NCBI GenBank assembly: GCA_003556385.1
Contig: PWRA01000096.1
Location: 1 to 61,926, forward strand
Direction of reading: 5' to 3'
Length of the DNA stretch: 61,926 nt
Origin: Dehalococcoidia bacterium
Lineage (GTDB): Bacteria > Chloroflexota > Dehalococcoidia > GIF9 > AB-539-J10
Shown here: positions 45,756 through 55,288 of the stretch, one piece after another
How the letters are laid out: each line of letters starts with the position of its first letter
Position numbering within the stretch: position 1 is the first letter of the stretch
Notes under the pieces: generated by a model
The model's input: only the letters and a program-made list of their open reading frames with translations
What the model was told of the DNA's origin: nothing
Database searches by the model: none
Translations under genes and position numbers: made by a program

Positions 45756-47186
45756 ATGGCTGAAGTTTCGCCCTTTCCAGGTATTCGTTACGACGAGGGA
45801 CTGGTCGGAGGCTTGTCCCGTGTGCTGTGTCCTCCCTATGACGTGATTTCTCCAGAGCAGCAGAAACTCCTGTACGAGACGGGTGACCACAATGCTGTTC
45901 GCCTGGAGCTACCTCTTGAGAGTCCGAAGCCGGAGGGCCGCTACCGGGAAGCGGCCGCCACGTATCGGCACTGGCTGCGGAACGGAATCCTCCGGCCCGA
46001 CCTGACACCCGGCTTCTACTTGCATGACCATTACTTCGAGTATTCGGGAGCAAAGCGGAGAAGGCGTGGGCTGATAGCCCGCGTCAAGCTCGATCCCCGG
46101 AGTGTATATCCGCACGAAGAGACGCATTCGGAACCGAAGAGCGATCGGCTTAAGCTTCTACGGGCCTGTCGGGCCAGCTTCAGCCCGGTGCTTGGCCTCT
46201 ACCGGGACCGGGAGGGGACGATCGCCCCGTTGCTGTCGGAAGCATCACAGACCACACCCGTAGTTGAGACACCGGTTTCCGTGCCGGCAGGACAGGATTG
46301 TCGGGAGCCTGCAGAAAGCCATGTGTTGTGGGCGATAACCGATCCCGAGACCAGGCTACAGCTGATTCGGTCCTTGTCCGATCAGCGGCTCTATATTGGC
46401 GACGGGCACCATCGCTACGAGACGGCGCTGGCTTACCGGCAGGAACAGGAGCAACGTCGGCCGGACATCGGTAGGAGGAGTCCGAAGGCATTCCAGTATG
46501 TGATGATGGAGCTCGTTGAGTGTTCCGATCCCGGGCTGGTGCTTCTGCCCGTACACAGACTGGTTCGCGATACAGGCTCATCTGCTCTGAGTGAGGTGGA
46601 GGAACGGCTGCGGCGGTTTTTCGACCTGGAATCGGCCCCGCTTGCTGAGGAACCGCCTGCTGTCGGCGGTTGCGGGCCTCTCTTTCGCGGTTCCGCTGAA
46701 CGCAGATCCGGCGCTTGTGATGACTCGGCGCCCCGATTCGGAGAGACACCAGAACAGTCCTGTGTACAGAGCCTGCTCTGTCGGGAAGGGGACTCCCGCA
46801 GCGCTCATGGGGTAGTCTCAGGAGTCCTGGGTCTGCGTGCCGGCACACTGGTGCTGCTGAGGTTGCGTCGAGATGTTCCTTTGGAGCAAGTCATGCCGGT
46901 CGGCAGATCCCGAGCATATCAGGAGTTCAGCGTCAGCATCCTCAATCATGTCGTTCTAGAGAGGACGCTGGGCCTTAGCTCCGAAGGAGATGTGGTCTAC
47001 ACATCGGATCCAGAGGAAGCCTGTAGACAGGTAGCCGAAGGCAGTTACCAACTGGCCTTCCTGCTGAATCGTCCGGAACTGAAGGCAGTCAAGGCTGCCG
47101 CCGACGCGCACGACAGAATGCCGGGCAAGTCCACATACTTCCATCCCAAGCTCCCGGCCGGTCTGGTCATCAACCCGCTGGACTGA
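45756..47186 (+). CDS. DUF1015 domain-containing protein
   Basis: N-terminus FPGIRYD...LCPPYDVIS, IGDGHHRYETA, C-terminal KSTYFHPKL. Start set at MAEVSPF. Confidence 0.8.
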   Translation: MAEVSPFPGIRYDEGLVGGLSRVLCPPYDVISPEQQKLLYETGDHNAVRLELPLESPKPEGRYREAAATYRHWLRNGILRPDLTPGFYLHDHYFEYSGAKRRRRGLIARVKLDPRSVYPHEETHSEPKSDRLKLLRACRASFSPVLGLYRDREGTIAPLLSEASQTTPVVETPVSVPAGQDCREPAESHVLWAITDPETRLQLIRSLSDQRLYIGDGHHRYETALAYRQEQEQRRPDIGRRSPKAFQYVMMELVECSDPGLVLLPVHRLVRDTGSSALSEVEERLRRFFDLESAPLAEEPPAVGGCGPLFRGSAERRSGACDDSAPRFGETPEQSCVQSLLCREGDSRSAHGVVSGVLGLRAGTLVLLRLRRDVPLEQVMPVGRSRAYQEFSVSILNHVVLERTLGLSSEGDVVYTSDPEEACRQVAEGSYQLAFLLNRPELKAVKAAADAHDRMPGKSTYFHPKLPAGLVINPLD

Positions 47187-47208
47187 TCGGGTGTGCGAAA
47201 GGCGCCCG

Positions 47209-48774
47209 CTATATCCTGACGGCTTTCACTGAATTGACACCGGGAAGCGTAAGAATCTGCTGCAACTGCTCTTCCCCCAGAGGCTCATCGAGGGCCAGGA
47301 TCATGAGGGCCTTTCCCCGCGGCTGGAGTCGAGACAGATGCATGGAGCTGATATTACGATCGGCCTGGCCTATTAAGTTGCCGACGGCGCCGACCAGCCC
47401 GGGCTGGTCGAGATGCTCGCAGAATAGGAGATAGCCCTCCGTGGGCACGATGTCCATCCAGAAGTCATTGACACGGACGATATGGTTTTCGTTGTCCCTG
47501 AGTGCTCCCGACACGGTGGTAGCCCCTGCATTGGTGTCGACTTCCAGTGTGAGCAGGTTTGAGTAGTTCTGACAGACCGCCTCTCTTTCCTCGCCGATCT
47601 TCAGGCCGCGTTGCGCGGCTATGAAGCCGACGTTGACCGTGTTCACCTGTTCCTCGCTTACCCGTTGCAGCAACCCGGCGATGAGCGCAGCTTTGACAGG
47701 AGTGCAATCGTAATCGGCCAGTCCCCCGCAGTAGGTGATGCGTATCGCGCTCACCTGTCCCTCCATGAGCTGGCTGGCAAGGCTACCCATATCTGCAGCT
47801 AACCTCATGAATGGGACCAGTTCAGGAGCCACCTGAGGCGCATTGACGGCGTATCTGCTGTAACGTCCCTGGAGCACGGCCAGCACCCCTTCGGCGACGT
47901 CTTTGGCAACACTAGCCTGAGCTTCAACTGTCGAAGCGCCTAGATGAGGGGTGACGATTATCCTGTCCTCTTTGAACAGATGGCTCTGGGTTACCGGTTC
48001 ATTGGCAAAGACGTCGAAGGCGGCGCCAGCCAATCTCCCGTTGTCGATTGCCCTGATCACACCTTCCTCGTCGATCAACCCGCCCCGTGCACAGTTGATG
48101 ATCCGGGCCGTGGGCTTGAGTCTTGCCAGCTCCTTGTCCCCGATGAGTCTTTCGGTGGCTGGCGTCAGCGGAACGTGGAGAGTGATGAAATCGGACTCAC
48201 TAAGGAGCCGGTCCAGGGACACCAGCTCGACCTTGAGGTTGCGGGCATGCTCCTCAGAGACAAACGCGTCATCGGCGATGACACGCATCTCAAAGGCCTG
48301 TGCCCGCCTGGCGACCTCGGAGCCCACGTTACCTATGCCTATGATCCCCAGAGTCTTACCCCGGAGTTCGGTACCTATCAGTTCTTCTCTTCGCCATATA
48401 CCCGACTTGAGTTCGCTGTCGGCTTTCGTTATGTTGCGTGCCAGCGCCAGCATGAGGGCCATAGTGTGTTCTGCGGCGGCCACAACATTGCCCGCCGGGG
48501 CATTAACCACCACTATGCCCTTCCTGGTGGCGGCATCGATATCGATGTTGTCTATGCCGGCTCCGGCTCGACCGATAACCTTCAGTCTCTTGCCCGATTC
48601 GATGACGTCTGCGCCAACTCTAGTCTGACTGCGCACAATCAGAGCATCGTAATCGCCAACTATAGCCCTGAGTTGTGCTTGGCTCAGACCCGTTCGTATG
48701 TCTACCTGAGCACAGCCGTGCAGAGCTTGTATCCCCTGTTCAGCGATTGGATCGGCAACCAGAATTCTCATCAT
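47209..48774 (-). CDS. serA: D-3-phosphoglycerate dehydrogenase with C-terminal ACT domain
   Basis: NAD-binding GIIGIGNVGSEVA, catalytic region CARGGLIDE...TPHLGAST, C-terminal ACT-like LLFCEHLDQPGLVGAVG. Start taken at MMRILVAD. Confidence 0.9.
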   Translation of the reverse strand: MMRILVADPIAEQGIQALHGCAQVDIRTGLSQAQLRAIVGDYDALIVRSQTRVGADVIESGKRLKVIGRAGAGIDNIDIDAATRKGIVVVNAPAGNVVAAAEHTMALMLALARNITKADSELKSGIWRREELIGTELRGKTLGIIGIGNVGSEVARRAQAFEMRVIADDAFVSEEHARNLKVELVSLDRLLSESDFITLHVPLTPATERLIGDKELARLKPTARIINCARGGLIDEEGVIRAIDNGRLAGAAFDVFANEPVTQSHLFKEDRIIVTPHLGASTVEAQASVAKDVAEGVLAVLQGRYSRYAVNAPQVAPELVPFMRLAADMGSLASQLMEGQVSAIRITYCGGLADYDCTPVKAALIAGLLQRVSEEQVNTVNVGFIAAQRGLKIGEEREAVCQNYSNLLTLEVDTNAGATTVSGALRDNENHIVRVNDFWMDIVPTEGYLLFCEHLDQPGLVGAVGNLIGQADRNISSMHLSRLQPRGKALMILALDEPLGEEQLQQILTLPGVNSVKAVRI

Positions 48775-48845
48775 CTTGGTCGGACAACCTCGGGTATAGT
48801 ACATGAGCCGTGTTTCGACCCCGGGCGTTGTTCTTTGCCCGGTTC

Positions 48846-49928
48846 TCAGGCCTTCGTCGCTTTGGGCAGAGCCTCTTTCAATGCCTCCAGGAATGACTCG
48901 ATGTCATCGTCGCTCACATAGCCCAGGTGCCCGATGCGGAGTATGCTGTGTGCCAGCTTCTCCATGCCTCCGGCAACTATTACCTGGTGCTCTTCCCTGA
49001 GTACGCGGATCAGTTTGGAGACGTCGATTCGCTCCGATCCTCTTACCGCCGTGACGGTGTCGGAAGCGTAATCCTCGTCCGGGAACAGAGAGAGGCCCAG
49101 CGACTTCACGCCGGCTCGTGTTCTGCTGCCGATGCGGGCGTGCCGCCTGAATATGCCGTCCAGTCCTTCCTCCAGCATCATGTCCAGGGCAGTGTCCAGG
49201 GCATAGAAGACCGAGATAGCCGGTGTCCAGGGGGTCTGCCCTTTCTGGAGACAGTCTCTGTTCAGTGAGAAATCCCAGTAACAGCGCGGCATTTTGGCCT
49301 GTGCGTGGGCCTGCCAGGCTTTCTCGCTTACGCTAACCATGGCCAGCCCGGGTGGGACCATCCATCCCTTCTGAGAACCGGTGACTACCACGTCACAATG
49401 CCAATCGTCGACAGGCAGGTTAATGCAACCCAGGCTTGATATCGCATCGACCAGGATGAGCTTGTCGAAGTCTCTGGCCACCACGCTTATCTCGCGCAGG
49501 TCGTTGGTCATCCCGGTCGATGTTTCATTGTGTACCACAAGCACGGCTTTGATGCTGCCATTCGCGTTCAATGTCCTCTTGACCGCGTCGATGTCCACGG
49601 GCTTCCCCCAGTCAAAGCAGAGAGGGATTACTTCAGCGCCGTATGCCCTGCCGATATCCATGAACCGGTCGCCAAAGAACCCGTTGGAAATGCACAAGAC
49701 CTTGTCGCCGGGCGATAGAGTGTTGACAATGGCTGCCTCCATTCCACCGGTGCCGGAAGACGTAAGCAAGAAGACGTCTCCTTTGGTCTGGAAGACCTTC
49801 TTCAATCTCTCTGTGATGGACGCTAGGAGCGGGACGAATCCTTCTCCGCGGTGGTTCATCATCTGCCGCCCCATGGCCTCAAGGGTCTCGGGTGGGCAGG
49901 GAGTCGGGCCTGGAATACGTAGCTGCAT
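48846..49928 (-). CDS. Class V PLP-dependent aminotransferase (serine-glyoxylate/phosphoserine aminotransferase-like)
   Basis: Motifs IPGPTP, SSGTGGMEAA, VVTGSQKGW (PLP-Lys context). AGGAGGG RBS before the ATG at 49928. Immediately upstream of serA. Confidence 0.82.
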   Translation of the reverse strand: MQLRIPGPTPCPPETLEAMGRQMMNHRGEGFVPLLASITERLKKVFQTKGDVFLLTSSGTGGMEAAIVNTLSPGDKVLCISNGFFGDRFMDIGRAYGAEVIPLCFDWGKPVDIDAVKRTLNANGSIKAVLVVHNETSTGMTNDLREISVVARDFDKLILVDAISSLGCINLPVDDWHCDVVVTGSQKGWMVPPGLAMVSVSEKAWQAHAQAKMPRCYWDFSLNRDCLQKGQTPWTPAISVFYALDTALDMMLEEGLDGIFRRHARIGSRTRAGVKSLGLSLFPDEDYASDTVTAVRGSERIDVSKLIRVLREEHQVIVAGGMEKLAHSILRIGHLGYVSDDDIESFLEALKEALPKATKA

Positions 49929-50046
49929 CTTCTTTTCCCTCCTGTTCATTCTTGCGTTATCGAGCATGATCCGTGTCTTATACTATGAGCGAGCAGGCAA
50001 TCCGCCGCCTGCCCGGATGCATTGGCTCGCTCACAGCGACACGGGA

Positions 50047-51261
50047 CTACGGTTGTTTAATAGCAATCCTGACAAAACGACGTTTCCCGATCCGCATTGT
50101 GCTGCCCTCCCGCGCCTGGACAGAAGTACTGCGCACCTGGCTGCCGTCGATTTCTATGGCGTTCTGCGCAAGCAGTCGCTTCAGTTCGCTGGTGCCCCTA
50201 ACCAGTCCCTCTCTGATCAACGTCGGAGCGATATCGAACTGGTAGAGCCCCTCGCCGAGATAGGTAGCCGGGAACGTGCATGCGGGAATCTCGCCCGGTG
50301 TCTCCCGGTTCTGAAAGACATGGGTGAAATGCTCCTCTGCTGCCCTGGCTGCCTGTGTGCCGCAGAACTGCTCGACTATTTCGTGAGCCAGTCGTTTCTT
50401 CAGGTTCATAGGGTTACCGGCGTGCATTTCCAGTTGCTCCTTGAACTCGGCGATCTCGCCCTCAGGAACATCCGTCACCAGCTCAAAGTAGTCGAGAATA
50501 AGCGTGTCCGGGATAGACATCACCTTACCGTAAATATCCCGTGGAGGCTCAGCAATGCCTATGTAGTTGTTCAGGCTCTTACTCATCTTCTGATGGCCGT
50601 CGGTACCGACCAGTAGGGGGACCAGAAAAACCTGTTGGGGAGGCTGCCCCAGGCTTTGCTGTAGCTCTCTGCCCAGGAGGCAGTTGAATTTCTGGTCAAG
50701 TCCGCCGAATTCAACATCTGCCTCGATGGCTACCGAATCATAGCTTTGAAGCAGGGGGTAGAGCATCTCGGTCAACGATATGGGGTTGCCAGAACCGTAG
50801 CGCTTGCCGAAATCCTCTCTAGCCAGAAGCTGCGCTACCGTGAATCTGCTGGTAAGCCCGATTACATCGTCCAGAGTGAATTTGGAAAACCATTCGCTCT
50901 GCCACCGTAGCTCCGTCTTGTCCTTATCCACCACTTTGAAGAACTGATCCATATAGGTCTGAGCGTTGCTCTCTATTTGACTCGGGGAGAGCATAGGGCG
51001 TGTGGCTGACTGACCGCTGGGGTCGCCGATCCTGGCCGTCCAGTCGCCGATTATAAGGGTTACCTTGTGTCCCAGTTCCTGCAGTTGACGCAGCTTTCTG
51101 AGCCCCACCACATGTCCCAGGTGGATGTCAGGAGCGCTGGGGTCTAAACCTTCCTTCAGAGTCAGAGTTCGGCCCGAGGTCAACAGTTCTATCAGCTCCG
51201 ACTCGACGATGACCTCAGCCACCCCTCGTCTGAGTATGTGGGTGAACTGCAACTCCTTCAT
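50047..51261 (-). CDS. tyrS: Tyrosine--tRNA ligase
   Basis: HIGH-type motif DIHLGHVV, KMSKS present, C-terminal S4-like domain (LKRLLAQNAIEIDG). 404 aa. Confidence 0.9.
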   Translation of the reverse strand: MKELQFTHILRRGVAEVIVESELIELLTSGRTLTLKEGLDPSAPDIHLGHVVGLRKLRQLQELGHKVTLIIGDWTARIGDPSGQSATRPMLSPSQIESNAQTYMDQFFKVVDKDKTELRWQSEWFSKFTLDDVIGLTSRFTVAQLLAREDFGKRYGSGNPISLTEMLYPLLQSYDSVAIEADVEFGGLDQKFNCLLGRELQQSLGQPPQQVFLVPLLVGTDGHQKMSKSLNNYIGIAEPPRDIYGKVMSIPDTLILDYFELVTDVPEGEIAEFKEQLEMHAGNPMNLKKRLAHEIVEQFCGTQAARAAEEHFTHVFQNRETPGEIPACTFPATYLGEGLYQFDIAPTLIREGLVRGTSELKRLLAQNAIEIDGSQVRSTSVQAREGSTMRIGKRRFVRIAIKQP

Positions 51262-52187
51262 ATCAAACCTCTTGCGAAAAATGCCTCTACCGCCCGGACG
51301 TCCTTTTCCATCTGTGCCTTTAGCTCTTCAACAGAGCGAAAGCGTCGTTGGCCCCGCAATCTCCGCACGAATTCCACCCTTATCTCGTTGCCGTACAAAT
51401 CCCCCTGGTAATCGAGCACATAGGTCTCCACCACCTTTTTTCCCGGCCCAAAGGTAGGACGGGTGCCGATACTGGTTGCTGAAGGAAACTGCCCATCATC
51501 GATCTGGGTAATGGTAGCATAGACGGCGTCGCCCGGTAATGCCTGTTGTGGCTTTATGTCCAGATTGGCTGTGGGAAATCCCAAAGTTCGTCCGCGCTTG
51601 TCAGAACTGATAACCCTGCCCGCCACATGGAAATAGCGCCCCATCAGCCTCTTCACCTTTTCCGTATCGCCTTGAGCCAGAGCCTGACGGATAAGCGTGC
51701 TGCTCACCACCTCGCCGTCGATGGTGTAAGGGGGGACGCTCTCCACGCTGAACCCCATCTCGCGCCCTAGCTCGCGCAGTCGACGGATATCTCCCTCTCG
51801 ACCGCGCCCCAGACCGAAGTCAGGTCCCACCATAATGCCTCGCATCTTGAGGTGTTGCCTGAGCAGGGACATGAACTCAGAGGCGCTTAGCCTTGCCACC
51901 TCGGGGGTAAAGGTGAGCACTACCACCAGCTCTATCCCCAGACCTCGAAGCAACCTGACTCTCTCGTCCAGTTCGCTCAGCCAGGGCAGGTGATCGCCGG
52001 GACGCATCACGGACTGAGGATGAGGGTTAAAGGTGACTACTGCGCTGGTAAGGGCTTCCTGTTCTGCCCGCAGCCGGAGTCTCTCCAGCAGATGGCGATG
52101 CCCCGCATGTACTCCGTCGAATACACCTATGGAAACAAGTGTGGCCCTTCCGGTAGCTATCCTGGCTAGTTCTTGCTCGATGCCCAT
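51258..52187 (-). CDS. ribF: Bifunctional riboflavin kinase / FMN adenylyltransferase
   Basis: IGVFDGVHAGH N-terminal nucleotidyltransferase motif. C-terminal kinase GFPTANL...PTFG. Confidence 0.92.
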   Translation of the reverse strand: MGIEQELARIATGRATLVSIGVFDGVHAGHRHLLERLRLRAEQEALTSAVVTFNPHPQSVMRPGDHLPWLSELDERVRLLRGLGIELVVVLTFTPEVARLSASEFMSLLRQHLKMRGIMVGPDFGLGRGREGDIRRLRELGREMGFSVESVPPYTIDGEVVSSTLIRQALAQGDTEKVKRLMGRYFHVAGRVISSDKRGRTLGFPTANLDIKPQQALPGDAVYATITQIDDGQFPSATSIGTRPTFGPGKKVVETYVLDYQGDLYGNEIRVEFVRRLRGQRRFRSVEELKAQMEKDVRAVEAFFARGLI

Positions 52188-52191
52188 GGCT

Positions 52192-53232
52192 TCATGGTTT
52201 GATCCTCACTCGCTGGGTAGCAATGCTCCTGTTTCTGGCTTCGGCCAGCGGCAATAGCTGGGACATCAAGAGGCGGAAGTTCTCAAAGGTGAGCGATTGA
52301 GGACCATCGGCAAGAGCCAAATCAGGGTCGGGGTGGACTTCTATGAGGAGACCGTCGGCCCCGGCAGCTACTGCTGCTAAGGCCACCGGGGTAACCAGAT
52401 ACCATTTGCCGGTTGCGTGACTGGGGTCGGCGATGATCGGTAGATGACTGACTTTCTCTATGATCGGTATAGCGTTAATGTCCAGGGTGTTGCGGGCGTA
52501 GTCTTCAAAGGTCCTGATGCCACGTTCGCATAGAACAACCTTCTCGTTTCCCTGGGCAAGCAGATATTCGGCGGCCAGCAGCCATTCGGACATATTGGCG
52601 GACATGCCGCGTTTCAGCAAGACCGGCTTCCTCGTCCTGCCCACCTCGTCCAGCAGAACGTAGTTCTGCATGTTCCTGCTGCCGATCTGAAGCATGTCGG
52701 CGTACTGGGCCACCAGGTCTACGTCGTCGGGCGACATAACCTCGGTGACCACGGGCATTTGAGTCTTGTGGCCTACCTCCGCCAGAAGCCTGAGGCCGTT
52801 TGCCCCCAGTCCGCGAAATGCGTAGGGAGATGTGCGCGGCTTATAGGCGCCCCCCCGCAGAATACTGGCCCCGGCTTCTTTGACCGCCCGGGCCGTTACC
52901 AGAAGCTGTTCCTCGCTCTCCACGGCGCAGGGTCCGGCCATCACCACTATCTCATCCCCGCCGATCACCACACCGTTCACTTCGACTATGGTGTCCTCGG
53001 GATGAAACTCGCGACTGGCGAGTTTGTAAGGTTTGCTCACTGGGATTACCTGGTCGACACCCGGGAGCGATTCCAATGCATCCCGGAGGCCGGGGAATGA
53101 TTCTCCCACTACCCCGATCACCGTGCGTTCAACACCATGCGGTATATACACCCTGAGCCCGGCGTCTTCGATCCTGTTCCTGACCCGGGTGATTGCATCC
53201 TGGGTGCAGCCGATTCTCATGATCACGATCAT
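52192..53232 (-). CDS. 3-deoxy-7-phosphoheptulonate (DAHP) synthase, type I-beta with N-terminal regulatory domain
   Basis: N-terminal ferredoxin-like domain (MIVIMRIG...RVYIPHG). Catalytic [26 protein letters not shown] motifs. Confidence 0.9.
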   Translation of the reverse strand: MIVIMRIGCTQDAITRVRNRIEDAGLRVYIPHGVERTVIGVVGESFPGLRDALESLPGVDQVIPVSKPYKLASREFHPEDTIVEVNGVVIGGDEIVVMAGPCAVESEEQLLVTARAVKEAGASILRGGAYKPRTSPYAFRGLGANGLRLLAEVGHKTQMPVVTEVMSPDDVDLVAQYADMLQIGSRNMQNYVLLDEVGRTRKPVLLKRGMSANMSEWLLAAEYLLAQGNEKVVLCERGIRTFEDYARNTLDINAIPIIEKVSHLPIIADPSHATGKWYLVTPVALAAVAAGADGLLIEVHPDPDLALADGPQSLTFENFRLLMSQLLPLAEARNRSIATQRVRIKP

Positions 53233-53663
53233 GTGTTACCTCCGTTCGGTGGGGATGTGGTGTTCTTCAGCGTTCTTGCTTCTCCCAGGTAGATGTGTAC
53301 GATCTCCTCAGCTTCCTTTTGAGTATTCGTAAGCATCAGGACTCTCAGGCAGCGGGGCAGATCGTGCGGGACGTTCATCTCGTGTCCGCAAAGCAGGGCA
53401 AGGTTGGGCGGCCATCCCAACTCTCGCGTGGCAGCGGCTGGAAACTCGACATTTAAGTCTGACGTGGTGGTGAAGAAAATGGCGGCTATATCGCTGACTT
53501 CAACCTGGTTTGCCCGCGTCATCTGCACAAGGAGCTCCTTCGCTGCCGCAAGGACGCTCTCCTTATCATTTCTCGGAACGGTGATGGCACCCCTGATGCC
53601 ACGGCACTGCAATATAGCATTCCCTCTTTCAGAATCTGGGCGACAGCCTATCTGATTTGTCAT
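53229..53663 (-). CDS. aroH: Chorismate mutase, AroH class
   Basis: RGIRGAITV...IFFTTTSDLNVEFPAAATRELGW...CLRVLMLTNT parallels B. subtilis AroH. The N-terminal extension makes the true start uncertain. Confidence 0.8.
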   Translation of the reverse strand: MTNQIGCRPDSERGNAILQCRGIRGAITVPRNDKESVLAAAKELLVQMTRANQVEVSDIAAIFFTTTSDLNVEFPAAATRELGWPPNLALLCGHEMNVPHDLPRCLRVLMLTNTQKEAEEIVHIYLGEARTLKNTTSPPNGGNT

Positions 53664-53707
53664 GCTTCGTCAATACGGCCCGCTTCGCTAGCGAGATACC
53701 TACCATT

Positions 53708-53748
53708 ACTATATATCGTGATCCGAGGCATGTCAAGGGGTATACCCC
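53708..53748 (-). promoter_or_regulatory. Putative promoter of the aroH-DAHPS-ribF-tyrS operon with an abutting 12-bp palindrome
   Basis: Minus-strand TTGACA (53736-53731), 17 nt spacer, TATAGT (53713-53708). The perfect palindrome GGGGTATACCCC (53737-53748) sits immediately upstream of the -35. Confidence 0.5.
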
Positions 53749-53878
53749 GTTCTTCGTAGAAAAAGGTCGGTTTTTGGCCATCGCGTCCTTCGTTGTGCAT
53801 TTGTCTGGTAACAGCACCACGTGGTAAAGTGATGCGGGGTGGTGGCGCTGACGGCGGCGAGAACTGTGGTTTCCGGCC

Positions 53879-54265
53879 ATGGAGAGAGAGAGATTTGATA
53901 CTCTGGTGGGGAAGGCCATCGACAGTTTGCCACCCGAGTTTCAATGCGAACTGGAGAACGTGGATGTTGTGGTACAGGACTGGCCGACGCACAGGCAGTT
54001 GAGAAGCGCCAGGCTGGCCAATCGTCGACAATTGCTGGGGCTCTATGAGGGGGTGCCACAGACCAGACGGGGGAGGAGTTATGCCATGGTTCTTCCCGAC
54101 AAGATAAGCATTTTCCAGAGGCCAATCGAGGCGATGTGCAGTTCGGAAGAGGAGGTCGAGGTGAGGATAGGGGAGGTGGTGCGCCACGAGTTGGCACATC
54201 ACTTCGGCATCGATGAGCGTACCTTGCGACGGATAGAACGAAGGCGGCGGTCCTCCTGGCGGTAG
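53879..54265 (+). CDS. Small zinc metallopeptidase-like protein (DUF1025/'metallopeptidase family protein')
   Basis: About 128 aa with a C-terminal HELAHHFG (HExxH) motif and an N-terminal LPPEF...VDVVV pattern. Confidence 0.75.
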   Translation: MERERFDTLVGKAIDSLPPEFQCELENVDVVVQDWPTHRQLRSARLANRRQLLGLYEGVPQTRRGRSYAMVLPDKISIFQRPIEAMCSSEEEVEVRIGEVVRHELAHHFGIDERTLRRIERRRRSSWR

Positions 54266-54397
54266 CTACAGGCTCCTGTCCGTTAAGAACATCTTTATGA
54301 CCGGAGACTGGGACCTGCACGGCCATGCCATATTGCTCGTGCGGATGAAACGGAAGGCGCGGGCGTCACAGCCATGACCGCGTTTTTGGGCTCAGAA

Positions 54398-55288
54398 ATG
54401 GACAGTATGATCAAGCGGGCGGCAGATGATCTGGCACGAAGCGGGTACGCCATCGCATTGAGCGGGGCCGGTATGTCTACCGAGTCGGGGATAGCCGATT
54501 TCAGAGGGCCCAGGGGGATTTGGACCACCGATAGGAAGGCAGAGGCAGAGGCCTATCAGAGATACGATCTTTTCCTCCGTGATCCCCGGGCGTACTGGGA
54601 GGGCATGCTCGGTGTGCAGGGGAGACACGGGGCGTTCTACGACGAAATACGGAAGTCTGTGCCGAATCCGGGTCATTATGCCCTGGCTGAACTCGAGGCC
54701 CTGGGCAGGCTTAAGTGCGCGATCACACAGAATATCGACGGTTTGCATGTAAAGGCAGGCAGCAGGAGGGTCATAGAGTACCACGGCAGCATCCACAGGC
54801 TGAGGTGTATTGCCTGCGGCTCGAGGTTTGCCCGGGAAGAAGTGAGTCTGGACGAACTCCCCCCTCGCTGCCCGTGCGGTACTGCCCTTAAGTACGATGT
54901 GGTGCATTTCAAGGAAGCCATACCTTTTGATGTCATGGAAGAGGCGGAAAGGGAGGCCCTCCGGTGTGACCTGATGCTGGTCTGCGGGACATCGGCAGTG
55001 GTCTACCCCTTTGCCGGTCTGCCGAGGATTGCGAGATTCGGTGCTCGCCGGTCGCTCCTGGGTCTGGGCACGATCAGGCGCAGACCCGGTCTCAGGGTCA
55101 TAGAGGTCAACGCCGAATCCACGCCTCTCACCGATGAAGGTGTATCAGACTATTTGATCCAGGGGAAGACGGGTGAGATACTGCCCCGCATAGCCGCAGA
55201 GGTTAGAAAGGCGCGCTCAGCCTTTGCTGGTGAGCATAATCCTCTCCTTGGTGACCAGGCGGGAGAGGCCAAGCGTGAGCAGGGCTAA
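54398..55288 (+). CDS. cobB: NAD-dependent protein deacylase (Sir2 family)
   Basis: Motifs GAGMSTESGIADFRGPRGIW, QNIDGLH, Zn-ribbon CIACG...CPCG, CGTSAVVYP. Its 3' end overlaps the convergent permease gene. Confidence 0.88.
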   Translation: MDSMIKRAADDLARSGYAIALSGAGMSTESGIADFRGPRGIWTTDRKAEAEAYQRYDLFLRDPRAYWEGMLGVQGRHGAFYDEIRKSVPNPGHYALAELEALGRLKCAITQNIDGLHVKAGSRRVIEYHGSIHRLRCIACGSRFAREEVSLDELPPRCPCGTALKYDVVHFKEAIPFDVMEEAEREALRCDLMLVCGTSAVVYPFAGLPRIARFGARRSLLGLGTIRRRPGLRVIEVNAESTPLTDEGVSDYLIQGKTGEILPRIAAEVRKARSAFAGEHNPLLGDQAGEAKREQG

